This document shows, in pieces, positions 1 through 9,381 of a stretch of 24,628 nt of DNA. The stretch's first letter is position 1. Each line of letters begins with the position of its first letter. Where the stretch lies: IMG/VR virus record IMGVR_UViG_3300046832_002432, positions 1 to 24,628 of that record; one strand, given 5' to 3'. Source of the stretch: a virus (lineage: Duplodnaviria; Caudoviricetes). A program made the translations under genes and the position numbers. The notes under the pieces are model-generated. The model saw only the letters and a list, made by a program, of their open reading frames with translations. It made no database searches and was not told where the DNA came from.

Positions 1-911
1 CGCGTCAGCTTGATTGCGGCGACGTCGGTCGCAAAGTATTTCGCCATGAAATTGAGCGTCACCATATGATCGCCGGTCGCGCCCGGATCCGTAACGTCGG
101 GATTCCAGACGTCGCAGGCGCCGCAAACGATCTGATCCTTATTGCTGGCGACGCTGCCGATCGTGAGATCGAGCGTCTGGCCGGTCTGGCGCGTGACGAA
201 CGTCGAGTAATCCGTCAGTTGCGAGAAATAGAGCTGCACCGAGCCCGACACGTTGAACAGGCCGAGGCCGGTTCCGAACGGCGACGACGATCCCCAGGAA
301 TACTGCTCGCGGAGATTGTTTTCGATCCGCATCGAAAGGCTGACGATCTTCGGCGTCGCGATCCCGAACAGGTTGCCGACCGTGATATCGGCCGGCGTCA
401 CCGGATCATAGCCCGGCGTCGGCGCGGCATAGGTCGAGGAAGCGATCGCCGTCGTCGCCGTCGTCTCGGCCAGGGCGCGGATCGCGAAATTCAGCTGGCC
501 GGCCTGGCCGTTCTGCATCGAGATATCGACCTGGTCGACGACGCACCCGGCCAGGCGCCGATAGGGATCCGTGGCGCCGCCTTCGTAACGCTCCTCCAGC
601 GTGAACGACTTTATCGTCGAGCCGTTCTTGAGGACGTTTGTCGAGAACGCGGCACAAAAAGCCGACTCCCAGAGAATGTCGGTCCCGGCGTCGCGCGCCC
701 AGGCCATTTCGATCGTTTTCGGGAACGACGCCAGGCCGCGCACCATGGCATAGGCCATGCGATCCGAACGCCGTTCGGGCGACCGGACGTCGGCGCGCTG
801 CGGCGCGCCGCTGACGCGCGTATCGCGCAGCACCTTGAACGCCGGAGTCGCCGGCGTCGTGCCCTGCGTCACCTCGGCAATGATGGCGGTTTGCTTGTTT
901 GCGGAATCCAT
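1..911 (-). CDS. Phage tail tube (major tail) protein, 3' end outside window
   Basis: Not in the ORF track because no stop lies in the window. My translation from ATG 911, after a GGGAG RBS: MDSANKQTAIIAEVTQGTTPATPAFKVLRDTRVSG...KSFTLEERYEGG...YRRLAGCVVDQVDISM... It follows the tail terminator gene. Confidence 0.8.
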   Translation of the reverse strand, partial: MDSANKQTAIIAEVTQGTTPATPAFKVLRDTRVSGAPQRADVRSPERRSDRMAYAMVRGLASFPKTIEMAWARDAGTDILWESAFCAAFSTNVLKNGSTIKSFTLEERYEGGATDPYRRLAGCVVDQVDISMQNGQAGQLNFAIRALAETTATTAIASSTYAAPTPGYDPVTPADITVGNLFGIATPKIVSLSMRIENNLREQYSWGSSSPFGTGLGLFNVSGSVQLYFSQLTDYSTFVTRQTGQTLDLTIGSVASNKDQIVCGACDVWNPDVTDPGATGDHMVTLNFMAKYFATDVAAIKLT

Positions 912-965
912 GGCGACGATCTCCCAGGCTGAGCGGCCGGCACACGCCGGCGGTTAGAGCGGCCG

Positions 966-1448
966 TCAGCCGCGGTTAAAATTCGTAAAGCGCAAGGCGA
1001 GCGACTCGATCCACAGGCCGCCCTCATCCATGCCGCCGGCCATGAGGGTCGTCCCCGTGATCCGGATCTCGAAACCGGCCGGGCCGAACCGATCGGCGCG
1101 GAAGCAGGCGCGCAATTCCTCGACCAGCGCCTCGGCCGCGTCGCGGCCCTTGCCGAGCCGCGCGCAGATCCGGACGAACGCCAGCCCGTCCTCGCGATGC
1201 AGATTCGCGCGAGGCGCGCCGAACGTGAACTGCTGCTCATCGCGCGCGCCGAATTCCAGGGCGACGAACAGCTGCGAAGCGTCCGGCGCCTCGGCCGTAT
1301 TCACCAGGTCGACAATCGGGATCCCGAGCCCGGCCGGGACGCTGCCGATCGGCATCGAGCCCCACGGCGCCGGCAGGCCGCCGGCCGACGCGCGGATATG
1401 CGTCGCCAGACGATCGCGGAAGAGATCGCGGACAGAGTCGCCGGCCAT
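966..1448 (-). CDS. Putative tail terminator / tail completion protein (160 aa)
   Basis: Size and position between neck and tail tube genes; pattern EQQFTFG...HREDGLAFVRI...AEALVEELRACFR resembles tail terminators. Confidence 0.65.
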   Translation of the reverse strand: MAGDSVRDLFRDRLATHIRASAGGLPAPWGSMPIGSVPAGLGIPIVDLVNTAEAPDASQLFVALEFGARDEQQFTFGAPRANLHREDGLAFVRICARLGKGRDAAEALVEELRACFRADRFGPAGFEIRITGTTLMAGGMDEGGLWIESLALRFTNFNRG

Positions 1449-1455
1449 GCTCGCC

Positions 1456-2166
1456 TCAATTCCGAACGTCGGTCGGCTTCTGGTAGAACTGCAACGCCGG
1501 GTAAACCTGGTTTCGTTGCACGCGCTTCACATAGGCGCGCGAGCCGTTTCTGCGGTATCGGCCGCCCTGGTCGCCCCAGACCTTAACGCCGGTATTCAGC
1601 GGCACCATTTTATAGTCAAAGAACATGACGCGGCCGAACCGGGCCTCTAACAAGCGGATGACGACGCGATAAACGCCGCCGCGCGCCTGGCGCGACAGGG
1701 CCTTGCGCTTGCCGCGGCCGGTCTTTTTGTTCGCCGTCGCGCCCTCGATCTTGCGGGCGTAGGGTCGCGGATTGACGATCTGGACGCGATCGGTCGGCTG
1801 CAGCGCCATCAGCGCCGCGCGGGCATCGCCCAGGATCTGCGCGCCGTTCACCATGACGACGTGATCGTCGCGGTAATGCCCGCGGATGGCCGGGCCGACC
1901 GGCGATCGCTGGCGCAGCTCGGCCAGCGCCCATAGCACCGCCTCGGCGACGCTGGTCCGGCGCGCAAACTCGATCCGGCCGAACGGCTTGACCTGGGCGG
2001 GATCGCGGCGCGGGACGCCGTCAGTCACGACGACCGGCGAGGAATCGAAACCGCGGCCGACTTCCGCGCGCAGCGCGCGCTCGGCGACGGCGATCGTCTG
2101 CGCCTTGATCCAGGCGCCGATCGAGGCGCCGATCGGCGCGGCCAGCGGCTCGACAATAAGCGGCAT
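1456..2166 (-). CDS. Putative neck / tail completion protein (HK97 gp10-like position, 236 aa)
   Basis: Motifs RSPVG..RGHYRDDH and IVNPRPYARKIE; synteny within the head-tail module. Confidence 0.55.
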   Translation of the reverse strand: MPLIVEPLAAPIGASIGAWIKAQTIAVAERALRAEVGRGFDSSPVVVTDGVPRRDPAQVKPFGRIEFARRTSVAEAVLWALAELRQRSPVGPAIRGHYRDDHVVMVNGAQILGDARAALMALQPTDRVQIVNPRPYARKIEGATANKKTGRGKRKALSRQARGGVYRVVIRLLEARFGRVMFFDYKMVPLNTGVKVWGDQGGRYRRNGSRAYVKRVQRNQVYPALQFYQKPTDVRN

Positions 2167-2167
2167 G

Positions 2168-2506
2168 TCAGCCCGCGACCGTCAATTCGTACAGGTGGAC
2201 GACGTCGCCGTCGCGCAGCGGCCGGACGTCGAGGATCGACCGCTCGCGATCGTCGATCACGATCGAGTCAGTCCGGACCGGCACGGCCGGCGACCAGCTC
2301 GACGCGGCCAGCTCGGCCGTCCCGAGACGCACCTGGAATTCCTGCTGGACCGCCGAGCCGCCGATCGACTCGATCGAGCCCGGCAGCCGCTTCGCCTTGA
2401 CGGCGATCGAGGCCGCGCCCTCGCGCTTTAGCGTCATGCTTTCGCCGTGCGCCGCCAGGATCCGGGCGACGGCGGCTTTCATCAAGAGCGGTGCAACGTA
2501 GGGCAT
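2168..2506 (-). CDS. Putative head-closure / head-tail joining protein (112 aa)
   Basis: Size, beta-rich pattern (DSIVIDDRERSILDVRP) and position after the adaptor gene. Confidence 0.6.
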   Translation of the reverse strand: MPYVAPLLMKAAVARILAAHGESMTLKREGAASIAVKAKRLPGSIESIGGSAVQQEFQVRLGTAELAASSWSPAVPVRTDSIVIDDRERSILDVRPLRDGDVVHLYELTVAG

Positions 2507-2515
2507 GGCCGGGCC

Positions 2516-3184
2516 TCAATACAGGAACGACGCGCGGCAATAGGCGTCGAGAACGTCGGTCGTCGCCGGCGGCAGGCCGTATAGGTCGCCATCGTCGGCC
2601 GTCGTGCCGCGCGTGTCATAGGTCGCTTGATAAATGTCCGGCACCGTTTCAGAGCGCACGACGACGCCAGGGTCGCGATCTTTCGCCAGGAAGGCCGCGC
2701 GGCAGGCCGCCAGCGCCGCCTCGTAGAGATCGGCCGGCAGGACGATCTGCGCGCCGGTCGGCGTGCCAGTCGTCGGGATCCATCCCGCGGTATAGGTGAC
2801 GACGACTTTCGCGCGCGCCCAGCTGGTCGGATCGCCGCCCGCGTCGAGGCGCAGCAGGCCCTGGCCGTCGATCCAGGAATAAAGCGTCGACGCCAGCGTA
2901 ACGCCCGACTCGACGACGCTGCCGATCGCCGTCACCGGCACGCGCTGCAGATCGAGCAGCCGATCCTCGGCGTCGATCCATCGCGTTTCGCGATAGGTCG
3001 CCTCGATCAGCGGCCGGCCGATATAGCTGGCGACCTGGCCGGATACGGCGTTTATGACGCGCGTCAGCCGCGCGTCCTGCGAGGCGTCGCCGATCGACAG
3101 GTCGGCCTTCAGCGTCGCCAGGTCGACCAGCTGCTGCGAGCTGGCCGGCGTGACGATCTCCAGCAGCGGCGCCAGCGGCAACAT
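2516..3184 (-). CDS. Head-tail connector / adaptor (gp6-like, 222 aa)
   Basis: Start reassigned to ATG 3184 (MLPLAPLLEIVTP). Motifs LVDLATLKADLSI..D..L...I..VS..V.SYIGRPL, VVVTYTAGW and LPADLYEAAL are typical of adaptors. Confidence 0.75.
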   Translation of the reverse strand: MLPLAPLLEIVTPASSQQLVDLATLKADLSIGDASQDARLTRVINAVSGQVASYIGRPLIEATYRETRWIDAEDRLLDLQRVPVTAIGSVVESGVTLASTLYSWIDGQGLLRLDAGGDPTSWARAKVVVTYTAGWIPTTGTPTGAQIVLPADLYEAALAACRAAFLAKDRDPGVVVRSETVPDIYQATYDTRGTTADDGDLYGLPPATTDVLDAYCRASFLY

Positions 3185-3191
3185 GCCCGCG

Positions 3192-3446
3192 CTACTCGCC
3201 CAGCGGCGCCGGATCCGGATCGACCGGCGCCGGATCCGGATCGACCGGCGAGGCGGCCGGATCGACCGGCGCGGCAACGTCGCCCAGCCACGGCAGAACG
3301 GAACGGCCGCGGCCGGCGCCGCGGGCCGCTTCGGCGACGCCGGCCTCGATCCGCGCCTGCGCCATCGCGTCGGGCATGTCGATCACGTCGCCGTCAACAT
3401 ACGAAAAGCCCTCGCCCGCCCAGGCGACCAGATTGCGAACCAACAT
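3192..3446 (-). CDS. Small capsid-adjacent protein (84 aa) with Pro/Asp-rich tail
   Basis: AGGAGG RBS; motif GDVIDMPDAMAQARIEAGVAE resembles small proteins found after major capsid genes. Confidence 0.7.
   Translation of the reverse strand: MLVRNLVAWAGEGFSYVDGDVIDMPDAMAQARIEAGVAEAARGAGRGRSVLPWLGDVAAPVDPAASPVDPDPAPVDPDPAPLGE
3204..3272. repeat. Three 21-bp tandem units (CGGCGCCGGATCCGGATCGAC x2 plus one variant) encoding PVDP repeats
   Basis: Read directly: 3204-3224, 3225-3245, variant 3246-3266. Confidence 0.85.
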
Positions 3447-3494
3447 ATCGAGATCCTCCTTCGCGGAACCGCGCGACGCGCGCAGCTCGGCGAA

Positions 3495-3520
3495 AGAGGC
3501 GGGCCGATCGGCCCGCCTCT
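3495..3520 (-). terminator. Hairpin after the major capsid gene (partial terminator or mRNA stabiliser)
   Basis: Perfect 26-bp palindrome AGAGGCGGGCCGATCGGCCCGCCTCT with only a short T tail on the minus strand. Confidence 0.6.
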
Positions 3521-3532
3521 CCCATCGCGCGA

Positions 3533-4780
3533 CTAAGTCGCGCTGTTGGCGTAGTGCTTCAGCGAGGAATTGCTGCTCGCGACGAAATTGCCACCCGAGC
3601 GCAGCCAGGCCAGGAAACCGACCTGACCATTCTTCGCATAGGCCGAATCGTCGAAACGGAACATCAGCATGCTCATCACGTCGCGGATGACGTATTGCCC
3701 GAACGCCCCGAAAAGGATGCTCTTTGCGTTCGCGGCCATGTTCGCCATGTCCTGATTGATCGCGTAGCCGTAGCCCATGAGCGACGGCTGGCCGACCGGC
3801 CCGTCGAGGCCCGACAGGCCCGGCAGCCAGAGCGGCCGGTTCTGCGAGTCTTTCAGCTTCTTCAACACCTTGAGCGAGCTGTCATTCATCATCCAGCTAC
3901 AGCCGTTGGCGCGATAGGCCGGGTCGACCGAGTGTTCGAGATCGACCAGGTCGTCATAGATGACGCTGGTCGTCTGGCCGGTCGCGCCGGTCTTGCCGAC
4001 GGCCGACGCCGTCACGGCGCCGCGCGGCTGGGCCGTGCCGGTGCCGGTCGTGAAAAACGTATTCTGGATGCGGCCGATGCGGGTCGCGGCCAGGCTGTTG
4101 ACGATCCCGACGACGTCGATCGCCGAATCCTGCATCAGCTCGTAGCTGACGGCGAAAACCTTGCTGGAGAACTTGTAAGGCACAAGCGACACGTTGCCGA
4201 AAGTCGCGTCCTGGTTGTTCGCCGCGGCGTTTTCCGCGATCAGCTCGCCGGTCTGCGACGTATCGTCGACGGTCGGCCAGCTCATCGACTCGCCGCTGGC
4301 GGTCTGCAGGATCTGCGCGACCGAGCGCATGCCGCCGTAGGCCTTCAGCTCGACCAGCAGCTGCGCGACGGTCGTCGCCGGCACCAGGAAGCCGCCGGCG
4401 CTGTTCGTGCCCGCGCTCTGGGCGTTGCGGATCGCGGCCATGGCCTGCAGATCGGCGACGTCGAGGCTCTTTTCGCCGCCCTTCAGGAACTGCGCGAACA
4501 TGCGCACGCGCTTCTCTTCGTCGGCCGAGGCGGCCGACAGGGTCACGCCGGCGCGGTCGGCCAGGCCGTCGATCGTGTCGCGCGAGGCGCCGACCATGGC
4601 GGCCGCCTTGGCGACGCGCTCGATCGCGCCGTCGAGCTTCTCGATCTCGGCGACCATGTTGTCGTATTTCGTCTCATGGTCGGCCGACCAGTCGTTCGGC
4701 TTGGTCCCGTTGACCAAGGCCTGCAGCGCGGTCGCCGCCGTGTTGCGCTGCTCGCGCAGCGCCTGGATCGAATGCGTCAT
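3533..4780 (-). CDS. HK97-fold major capsid protein (415 aa)
   Basis: N-terminal coiled-coil delta-like domain, GGFLVP motif, VSYELMQDS, KKLKDSQNRPLW, ILFGAFGQYVIRD; GGAG RBS. Confidence 0.95.
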   Translation of the reverse strand: MTHSIQALREQRNTAATALQALVNGTKPNDWSADHETKYDNMVAEIEKLDGAIERVAKAAAMVGASRDTIDGLADRAGVTLSAASADEEKRVRMFAQFLKGGEKSLDVADLQAMAAIRNAQSAGTNSAGGFLVPATTVAQLLVELKAYGGMRSVAQILQTASGESMSWPTVDDTSQTGELIAENAAANNQDATFGNVSLVPYKFSSKVFAVSYELMQDSAIDVVGIVNSLAATRIGRIQNTFFTTGTGTAQPRGAVTASAVGKTGATGQTTSVIYDDLVDLEHSVDPAYRANGCSWMMNDSSLKVLKKLKDSQNRPLWLPGLSGLDGPVGQPSLMGYGYAINQDMANMAANAKSILFGAFGQYVIRDVMSMLMFRFDDSAYAKNGQVGFLAWLRSGGNFVASSNSSLKHYANSAT

Positions 4781-4878
4781 TGTCTAATGCTCCAGGTGCG
4801 CCGGCGCGCAGCCGGTCGCTATGCCTTGCCCAAGGGCGATCGAAAGAGGCGGCGCGGCGGGCGGCCGCGCCGTAGAGA

Positions 4879-5673
4879 TCAGCGAACGCCGAGCCCGACC
4901 AGGCGCGCCGCGCGCTGGCGGGCGGCATGGATATCGAGCGCGCCGGCGGCGGCGTCGGGCGCCGGATCCGGCGCGGCCGGCGCCAGGATCGCGTCGACCA
5001 GGCCCAGCGCGCGGGCCTCGGCCGGCGTCAACCAGGTTTCGGCGGTCATCAGCTCGTAAGCCTTGGCGGCGTCGAGGGCGTCGCCGGCCTTGGCCGCATA
5101 GACGCCGGCGAGCTGCTGGTCGACCTTGTCGAGCAGCTCGGCGGTCCCGCGCAGGTCGGCGGCATTGCCGAGCGCCAGCGTCCAGGCCCGATGCACCATG
5201 AGCAGCGACGGCTCGGCCATGGCGACCGCGTCCCCGGCCATGGCGATGATCGAGGCGATCGAGGCGGCCAGGCCCTCGACGACGACGTCGATCGTCGCCG
5301 GATGCGCCCGGAGCGCGTTGTAGATCGCGTAGCCGTCGAAAACGTCGCCGCCCGGCGAATTGATCCGTAGGCGGATACGCGGCGAGACGATCGAGCCCAG
5401 GGCGTCGGCGAACTGCGCGGCCGAGACGCCCCAAGGGCCGATTTCATCGAATAGCCGCAGCTCGGCGACGTCGCCGTCGGCGCGCAGCTCCAGCTTGCCC
5501 GCGGTCGCGCGCGGCTCGGCGCCGCGATTATCCATGCGCGCGTGCCAGGCCTGGCGCGCGTCGGCGATCCGAACGGCGTTCGGGCCGGCGGCCGAGGCCT
5601 GCGGCCGGAACGCGCCGGACTGCGCGGCCAGGGCGGCCAGGGAAGCGATCGCGGCAAGATTACGCTGGCGCAT
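4879..5673 (-). CDS. ClpP-type (S14) prohead maturation protease (264 aa)
   Basis: RINSPGGDVFDG, GLAASIASII (Ser), MVHRAW (His), ETWLTPAEA; located between portal and capsid. Confidence 0.92.
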   Translation of the reverse strand: MRQRNLAAIASLAALAAQSGAFRPQASAAGPNAVRIADARQAWHARMDNRGAEPRATAGKLELRADGDVAELRLFDEIGPWGVSAAQFADALGSIVSPRIRLRINSPGGDVFDGYAIYNALRAHPATIDVVVEGLAASIASIIAMAGDAVAMAEPSLLMVHRAWTLALGNAADLRGTAELLDKVDQQLAGVYAAKAGDALDAAKAYELMTAETWLTPAEARALGLVDAILAPAAPDPAPDAAAGALDIHAARQRAARLVGLGVR

Positions 5674-6913
5674 TGGTCGATCCTTTGTCGTTCGTAAAGA
5701 GGGCGTCCCCGTCGGGCCGCGACGGCAGGCCGAACGCGCGGCGCGCTTCGTTCGTCGTCATGATTCCCGGCCCCTGGGCGCCGCCGACCAGGGCGCGGGC
5801 GAATGCCGCCTGCGCCTGACTGTCGCCGCGCTCCAGATCCGTCAGGTCGTGCCGCGCGACGCGATCGCGCCGGCGATAGATCCGCGACGTCAGCAGCTTG
5901 CGATTGACTTCGTCGGCGATGCGATCCAGCGACGGCTTGATCGTGAACTTGACGAACCCGAGAACCAGCTGCTCTAGCCCCGTCCCCCAGCTCGACGTCT
6001 TTTCGGTTTCGCCGATCAGCACCGGCGGCACGCCGAACGCGCGCGCAATGTCGATCACCTGGAATTTGCGCGTTTCCAACAGCTGCGAATCCTCCGGCGG
6101 AATCGTCAGCTCTTTGAACGTGACGCCCTCTGTCAGCAGGGCCGGCACATGGCTTGCGTCGAGGCCCTGGTGCCGGCCGAGCCAATAGGCCATCAGCTCC
6201 TTAGCGCGCGCCGGGTCGACCTTCTTATCGGTCATAAGCGCATAATCGAATCGCGCGCCGTTGGCGAAGTAGCGGCCGGCGAATTCCTCGGCGGCGGCGC
6301 CGATCCCGATCGCCTGGCGCCCGGCCCAGCCGATGACCGATTTCCCGCGCAGCCCGTCGAATCCCTCGCCCGGAATATGCAGGACGTCATCTTGCCACCA
6401 GGCCGCCGGCTGGCCGCGCCAGTCGGTCGTCCTGTAAACCAGCCGGCCCGACACCTGGTCGCGGACGACGCTTGTCGCCGACGGATTGAGCGGCCAGAGG
6501 TTGAGCGGCTGGCCGTTCCGGTCGCGCTCGATATAGGCCATTTGATCGCCCGTCAGCAGCTCGGCCGTCAGCATGTATTTCCAGAAGGTCGAGGCCGACC
6601 AGCCGGGACACGGCTCATCGTTGAGCAGCCAGGCGACCGGATCGTCGGCGACCTGTTCGCGATCGCCGTCCGGCTGGACGCGGTACACCGGGAATTCAAG
6701 CGAAGAGATCACGCCGCTAATGAGGCGCACGCACGCATAGACCGCCGACAGCCGCATCGCCGAATCGGGCGACACGTCGCGCCCGGCCCAGGTCGGCGCC
6801 GACCATCCCGCCTCGCGCATAGCCTGCTCAAACGTCAGGCCCGAGTCTGCGTTCTGCAGCTGCAGCTTGCGCTCGATCGCGAACGTCGGCTCGATCCGGT
6901 CAATCACCCGCAT
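5660..6913 (-). CDS. HK97-family portal protein (417 aa)
   Basis: AMRLSAVYACVRLIS, DVLHIPGEGFDGLRGKS, QLLETRKFQVIDIARAFGVPP, MTTNEARR. Confidence 0.95.
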   Translation of the reverse strand: MRVIDRIEPTFAIERKLQLQNADSGLTFEQAMREAGWSAPTWAGRDVSPDSAMRLSAVYACVRLISGVISSLEFPVYRVQPDGDREQVADDPVAWLLNDEPCPGWSASTFWKYMLTAELLTGDQMAYIERDRNGQPLNLWPLNPSATSVVRDQVSGRLVYRTTDWRGQPAAWWQDDVLHIPGEGFDGLRGKSVIGWAGRQAIGIGAAAEEFAGRYFANGARFDYALMTDKKVDPARAKELMAYWLGRHQGLDASHVPALLTEGVTFKELTIPPEDSQLLETRKFQVIDIARAFGVPPVLIGETEKTSSWGTGLEQLVLGFVKFTIKPSLDRIADEVNRKLLTSRIYRRRDRVARHDLTDLERGDSQAQAAFARALVGGAQGPGIMTTNEARRAFGLPSRPDGDALFTNDKGSTNAPA

Positions 6914-8597
6914 AAGCCAGGCCCCCGAGGTCGACGAACCCCTGGTCGATCGACCGGGTCGCCGGGTTTAGTGACATGAGCGCGACGGCGTCGAATAACG
7001 CCATAAGCGCGTCGATCTTGGCCGAGCCGGCCGCCTGTTTCGTGATCGTCAGCGCGTTGCCCCTCGGCTCGACTTTCGCGTTGCCGACGCACCAGGCCAT
7101 GAGCGGCTGGCCGCAATGGCGCAGCGTCCCGTCGGCCAGGGCGCGCTCGGCGGTCTTGATCGCGCCCGACAGTTTCCAGCCCTGCGAAATGCCGACGATC
7201 CGATCGGCCTCGACGCCGGCCTCGGCCGCGGCCTCGACGATCGCGCCGACGCCCGCCGGGTCGACGCCGACCTGGTAGAGCAGCCCGGTCGCGTTGACCT
7301 GGCCGAATATGTCGCCCAGCTGCTCGACGTCGTCGCCGAGCTGCTCGACGATCGACAGGTCGCCGGCGGCCGCCAGGTCGCGCAGGCGCGCGGCGATATC
7401 CTTGCGCCGCTCGAAAACCGACGCATGCGCCCAGGCATGCGCCCAGAGAAGCCAGCGCCGCGTCGAGGCGCAGCGGCCCAGGACGGCGACGCCGAGCAGA
7501 TCGTCGAGGCCGCCGCCGTCGGCGCCGATCACGATCGCATCGCTGCGCGCCAGGATGGCGTCGAGGTCGAGGTCGTCGTCGGCCGCCGCTTCCCAATGAT
7601 CGGCGCCGGCCCAGCGATCGGACTGCAGCGCCAGGCCGATCTCGATATTCAAATGCTGCGACGCCCATATGCGAACGTCGCGCTCGTCTTTTAGCCGGGC
7701 CTCTTCGTAATCCTTCACCAGCCGCGGGATCCGGATCGAGCGGCCGAGGTTCGGCTGCAGCCGCGACCAGTTTTCCGGATCTTCCCAGAAAGCCCGATCC
7801 TTCTGCTGCGCTTCGCTGAATTCGTACAAAACCGGCAGCGTGTCGATCTTGGCGCGGCCGTCGCGGATCGCGCGCGCCATCTGCAGCTCGGCGCGGAACA
7901 CTCCCGCCGGCGCGTCGAATGCCTGCGTCGAGATCATCGCAAAGAAAGACTCCGGCGTGCTGACCATGCCGCCGCGCAGCTGCTGGATAATCGCCGCCGC
8001 GCGCGGCTTGCGGCCGAGCAAATGGATCTCGTCGATCAGTGCGCCGGCGACCACCGCGCCTGTAACGATATCCTCGTCGAACGTCTTGACCTTTAACACC
8101 GCGTCCGTCTTGCGGTCCGTGATCGTCTTTGCATGGTTGGCGACGTGAAACCGCTTCTGCAGGAACCCGTCGGGATCCAGCGAGATCATGCCGCGCACCG
8201 TCGCGAACGCCTTGTCGCTGATCTCCTGCGATGGCGCCGTGAGCAGGAATTCAGCCGAGGGCCGCCGGTTCACCAGCAGGGCCGTCAGCATTAGCCCGCT
8301 GCTGTTCGTCGTCTTGGCGTTTTTCTTCGGGACCAAAACGAACAGGCCATGGATCCGACGAACGCCCGTCGGCATGTCGAGCGAACCGAACAGCGCGGCG
8401 ACGATATCGCGGAACCACTGGCCGCAGGCCTCGGCCATCGTCGGCTGGCCGATCACGTCATAAAGGCGCAGCTTGTCGAAACAGCCGATCGCCTGGCGCG
8501 CCAGCTCCAGATCCAGCGGCAGATCCGGCACCAGCGACCGGCCGTCGCGCAGCCGCTCCTGCCAGTCCGGACACGCCAGATCCCATTCGTCGGCCAT
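6900..8597 (-). CDS. terL: Terminase large subunit
   Basis: Start reassigned to ATG 8597 (MADEWDLACPDW), coupled to the terS stop by TAATG. Walker A VPKKNAKT, Walker B ALIDEIH, nuclease motifs GADGGGLDDL and KIDALMA. Confidence 0.95.
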   Translation of the reverse strand: MADEWDLACPDWQERLRDGRSLVPDLPLDLELARQAIGCFDKLRLYDVIGQPTMAEACGQWFRDIVAALFGSLDMPTGVRRIHGLFVLVPKKNAKTTNSSGLMLTALLVNRRPSAEFLLTAPSQEISDKAFATVRGMISLDPDGFLQKRFHVANHAKTITDRKTDAVLKVKTFDEDIVTGAVVAGALIDEIHLLGRKPRAAAIIQQLRGGMVSTPESFFAMISTQAFDAPAGVFRAELQMARAIRDGRAKIDTLPVLYEFSEAQQKDRAFWEDPENWSRLQPNLGRSIRIPRLVKDYEEARLKDERDVRIWASQHLNIEIGLALQSDRWAGADHWEAAADDDLDLDAILARSDAIVIGADGGGLDDLLGVAVLGRCASTRRWLLWAHAWAHASVFERRKDIAARLRDLAAAGDLSIVEQLGDDVEQLGDIFGQVNATGLLYQVGVDPAGVGAIVEAAAEAGVEADRIVGISQGWKLSGAIKTAERALADGTLRHCGQPLMAWCVGNAKVEPRGNALTITKQAAGSAKIDALMALFDAVALMSLNPATRSIDQGFVDLGGLAYAGD

Positions 8598-9277
8598 TAG
8601 TTGAGCAGCGACGCCCAGGACGTCCCGGCCTCGGCCGTGCGCGCGTCGATCTGGGCGCGCTCTTTCTTGCCGAGGCGATCGTCGACCAGGTCGGGCCGAT
8701 CGAGCGGCGCCGAGGCCGGCGCCGACGGTGGCACAAAGCCCGACAGCTGCAGCAGCTTCGCCGAGGCGGCGACCTTGCCCAAGCGCGAGGCGCGGCGCAG
8801 ATCGCGCAGCGCCTGCGTCCGCACCTGGTCGGCGCCGAATTCGATCTCGGCCTCGAAATACTTGCGAAGCGTCGTTCGCGAGATCCCGAGCTGGCGCGCC
8901 ATGCGATCCTCGGTCCAGTCGTCGGCCGCCCATAGCTTGACGTCGTCGCGCTCGGCCTGCGTCGGCTCATAGGCCGGCCGACCTGGCAGGGCCGGCTCGA
9001 TCGCCGGCGGCGGCGCCTCGGCCTCGATCGCGAGATCGAGCTGGCGATCGGCCGGGCGATCGGCGCGGCGCCGGGCCGGCGCGGTCGCCAGCTCGGCGGC
9101 GTAGTAGCGGCGCAGCGTGTTCGGCGCCAGGTCGACCGCGGCCGCGATCTCGGCGATCGACTGGCCCTCGGCGCGCAGCTGGACGACGCAAGAGCGCATG
9201 ACGGCGTCGGGTTTATGCCGAGGCCGCCCGGCGGCCGGCGCTTGTCCGCCCTGTCCAGAAACGCTCGGCACTTCCAT
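8597..9277 (-). CDS. terS: Terminase small subunit with two HTH repeats (226 aa)
   Basis: GAGGA RBS before ATG 9277. Two GRP...HTH...TLR(R/K)Y(Y/F).AE units; C-terminal LGKKE...A...W..LL; directly upstream of terL. Confidence 0.75.
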   Translation of the reverse strand: MEVPSVSGQGGQAPAAGRPRHKPDAVMRSCVVQLRAEGQSIAEIAAAVDLAPNTLRRYYAAELATAPARRRADRPADRQLDLAIEAEAPPPAIEPALPGRPAYEPTQAERDDVKLWAADDWTEDRMARQLGISRTTLRKYFEAEIEFGADQVRTQALRDLRRASRLGKVAASAKLLQLSGFVPPSAPASAPLDRPDLVDDRLGKKERAQIDARTAEAGTSWASLLN

Positions 9278-9381
9278 CACAAATCCTCGAAATTGATCGC
9301 GAACGCCGTTCGCTCGACGTCGTTCGCGCCCAGAAATTAAATCTCCGAATGCGACCCAGCGCGGTCGCCGGTCCCTTTGAG

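Noticed and set aside
2627-5059. 810-aa plus-strand ORF, and other long Arg-rich ORFs such as 66-932, 11846-13195, 13754-15286 and 19970-21472
   Set aside because: Antisense shadows of real genes in very GC-rich DNA; no motifs and abnormal composition.
8598-8933. ORF-track N-terminal extension of terL (similar extensions for terS, adaptor, cro, CII-like, dnaN)
   Set aside because: They overlap neighbouring genes; internal starts have RBS or stop-start coupling.
9301-9325. GTTC repeats as an alphaproteobacterial LexA box
   Set aside because: Spacing is 10 nt, not the GTTC-N7-GTTC pattern.
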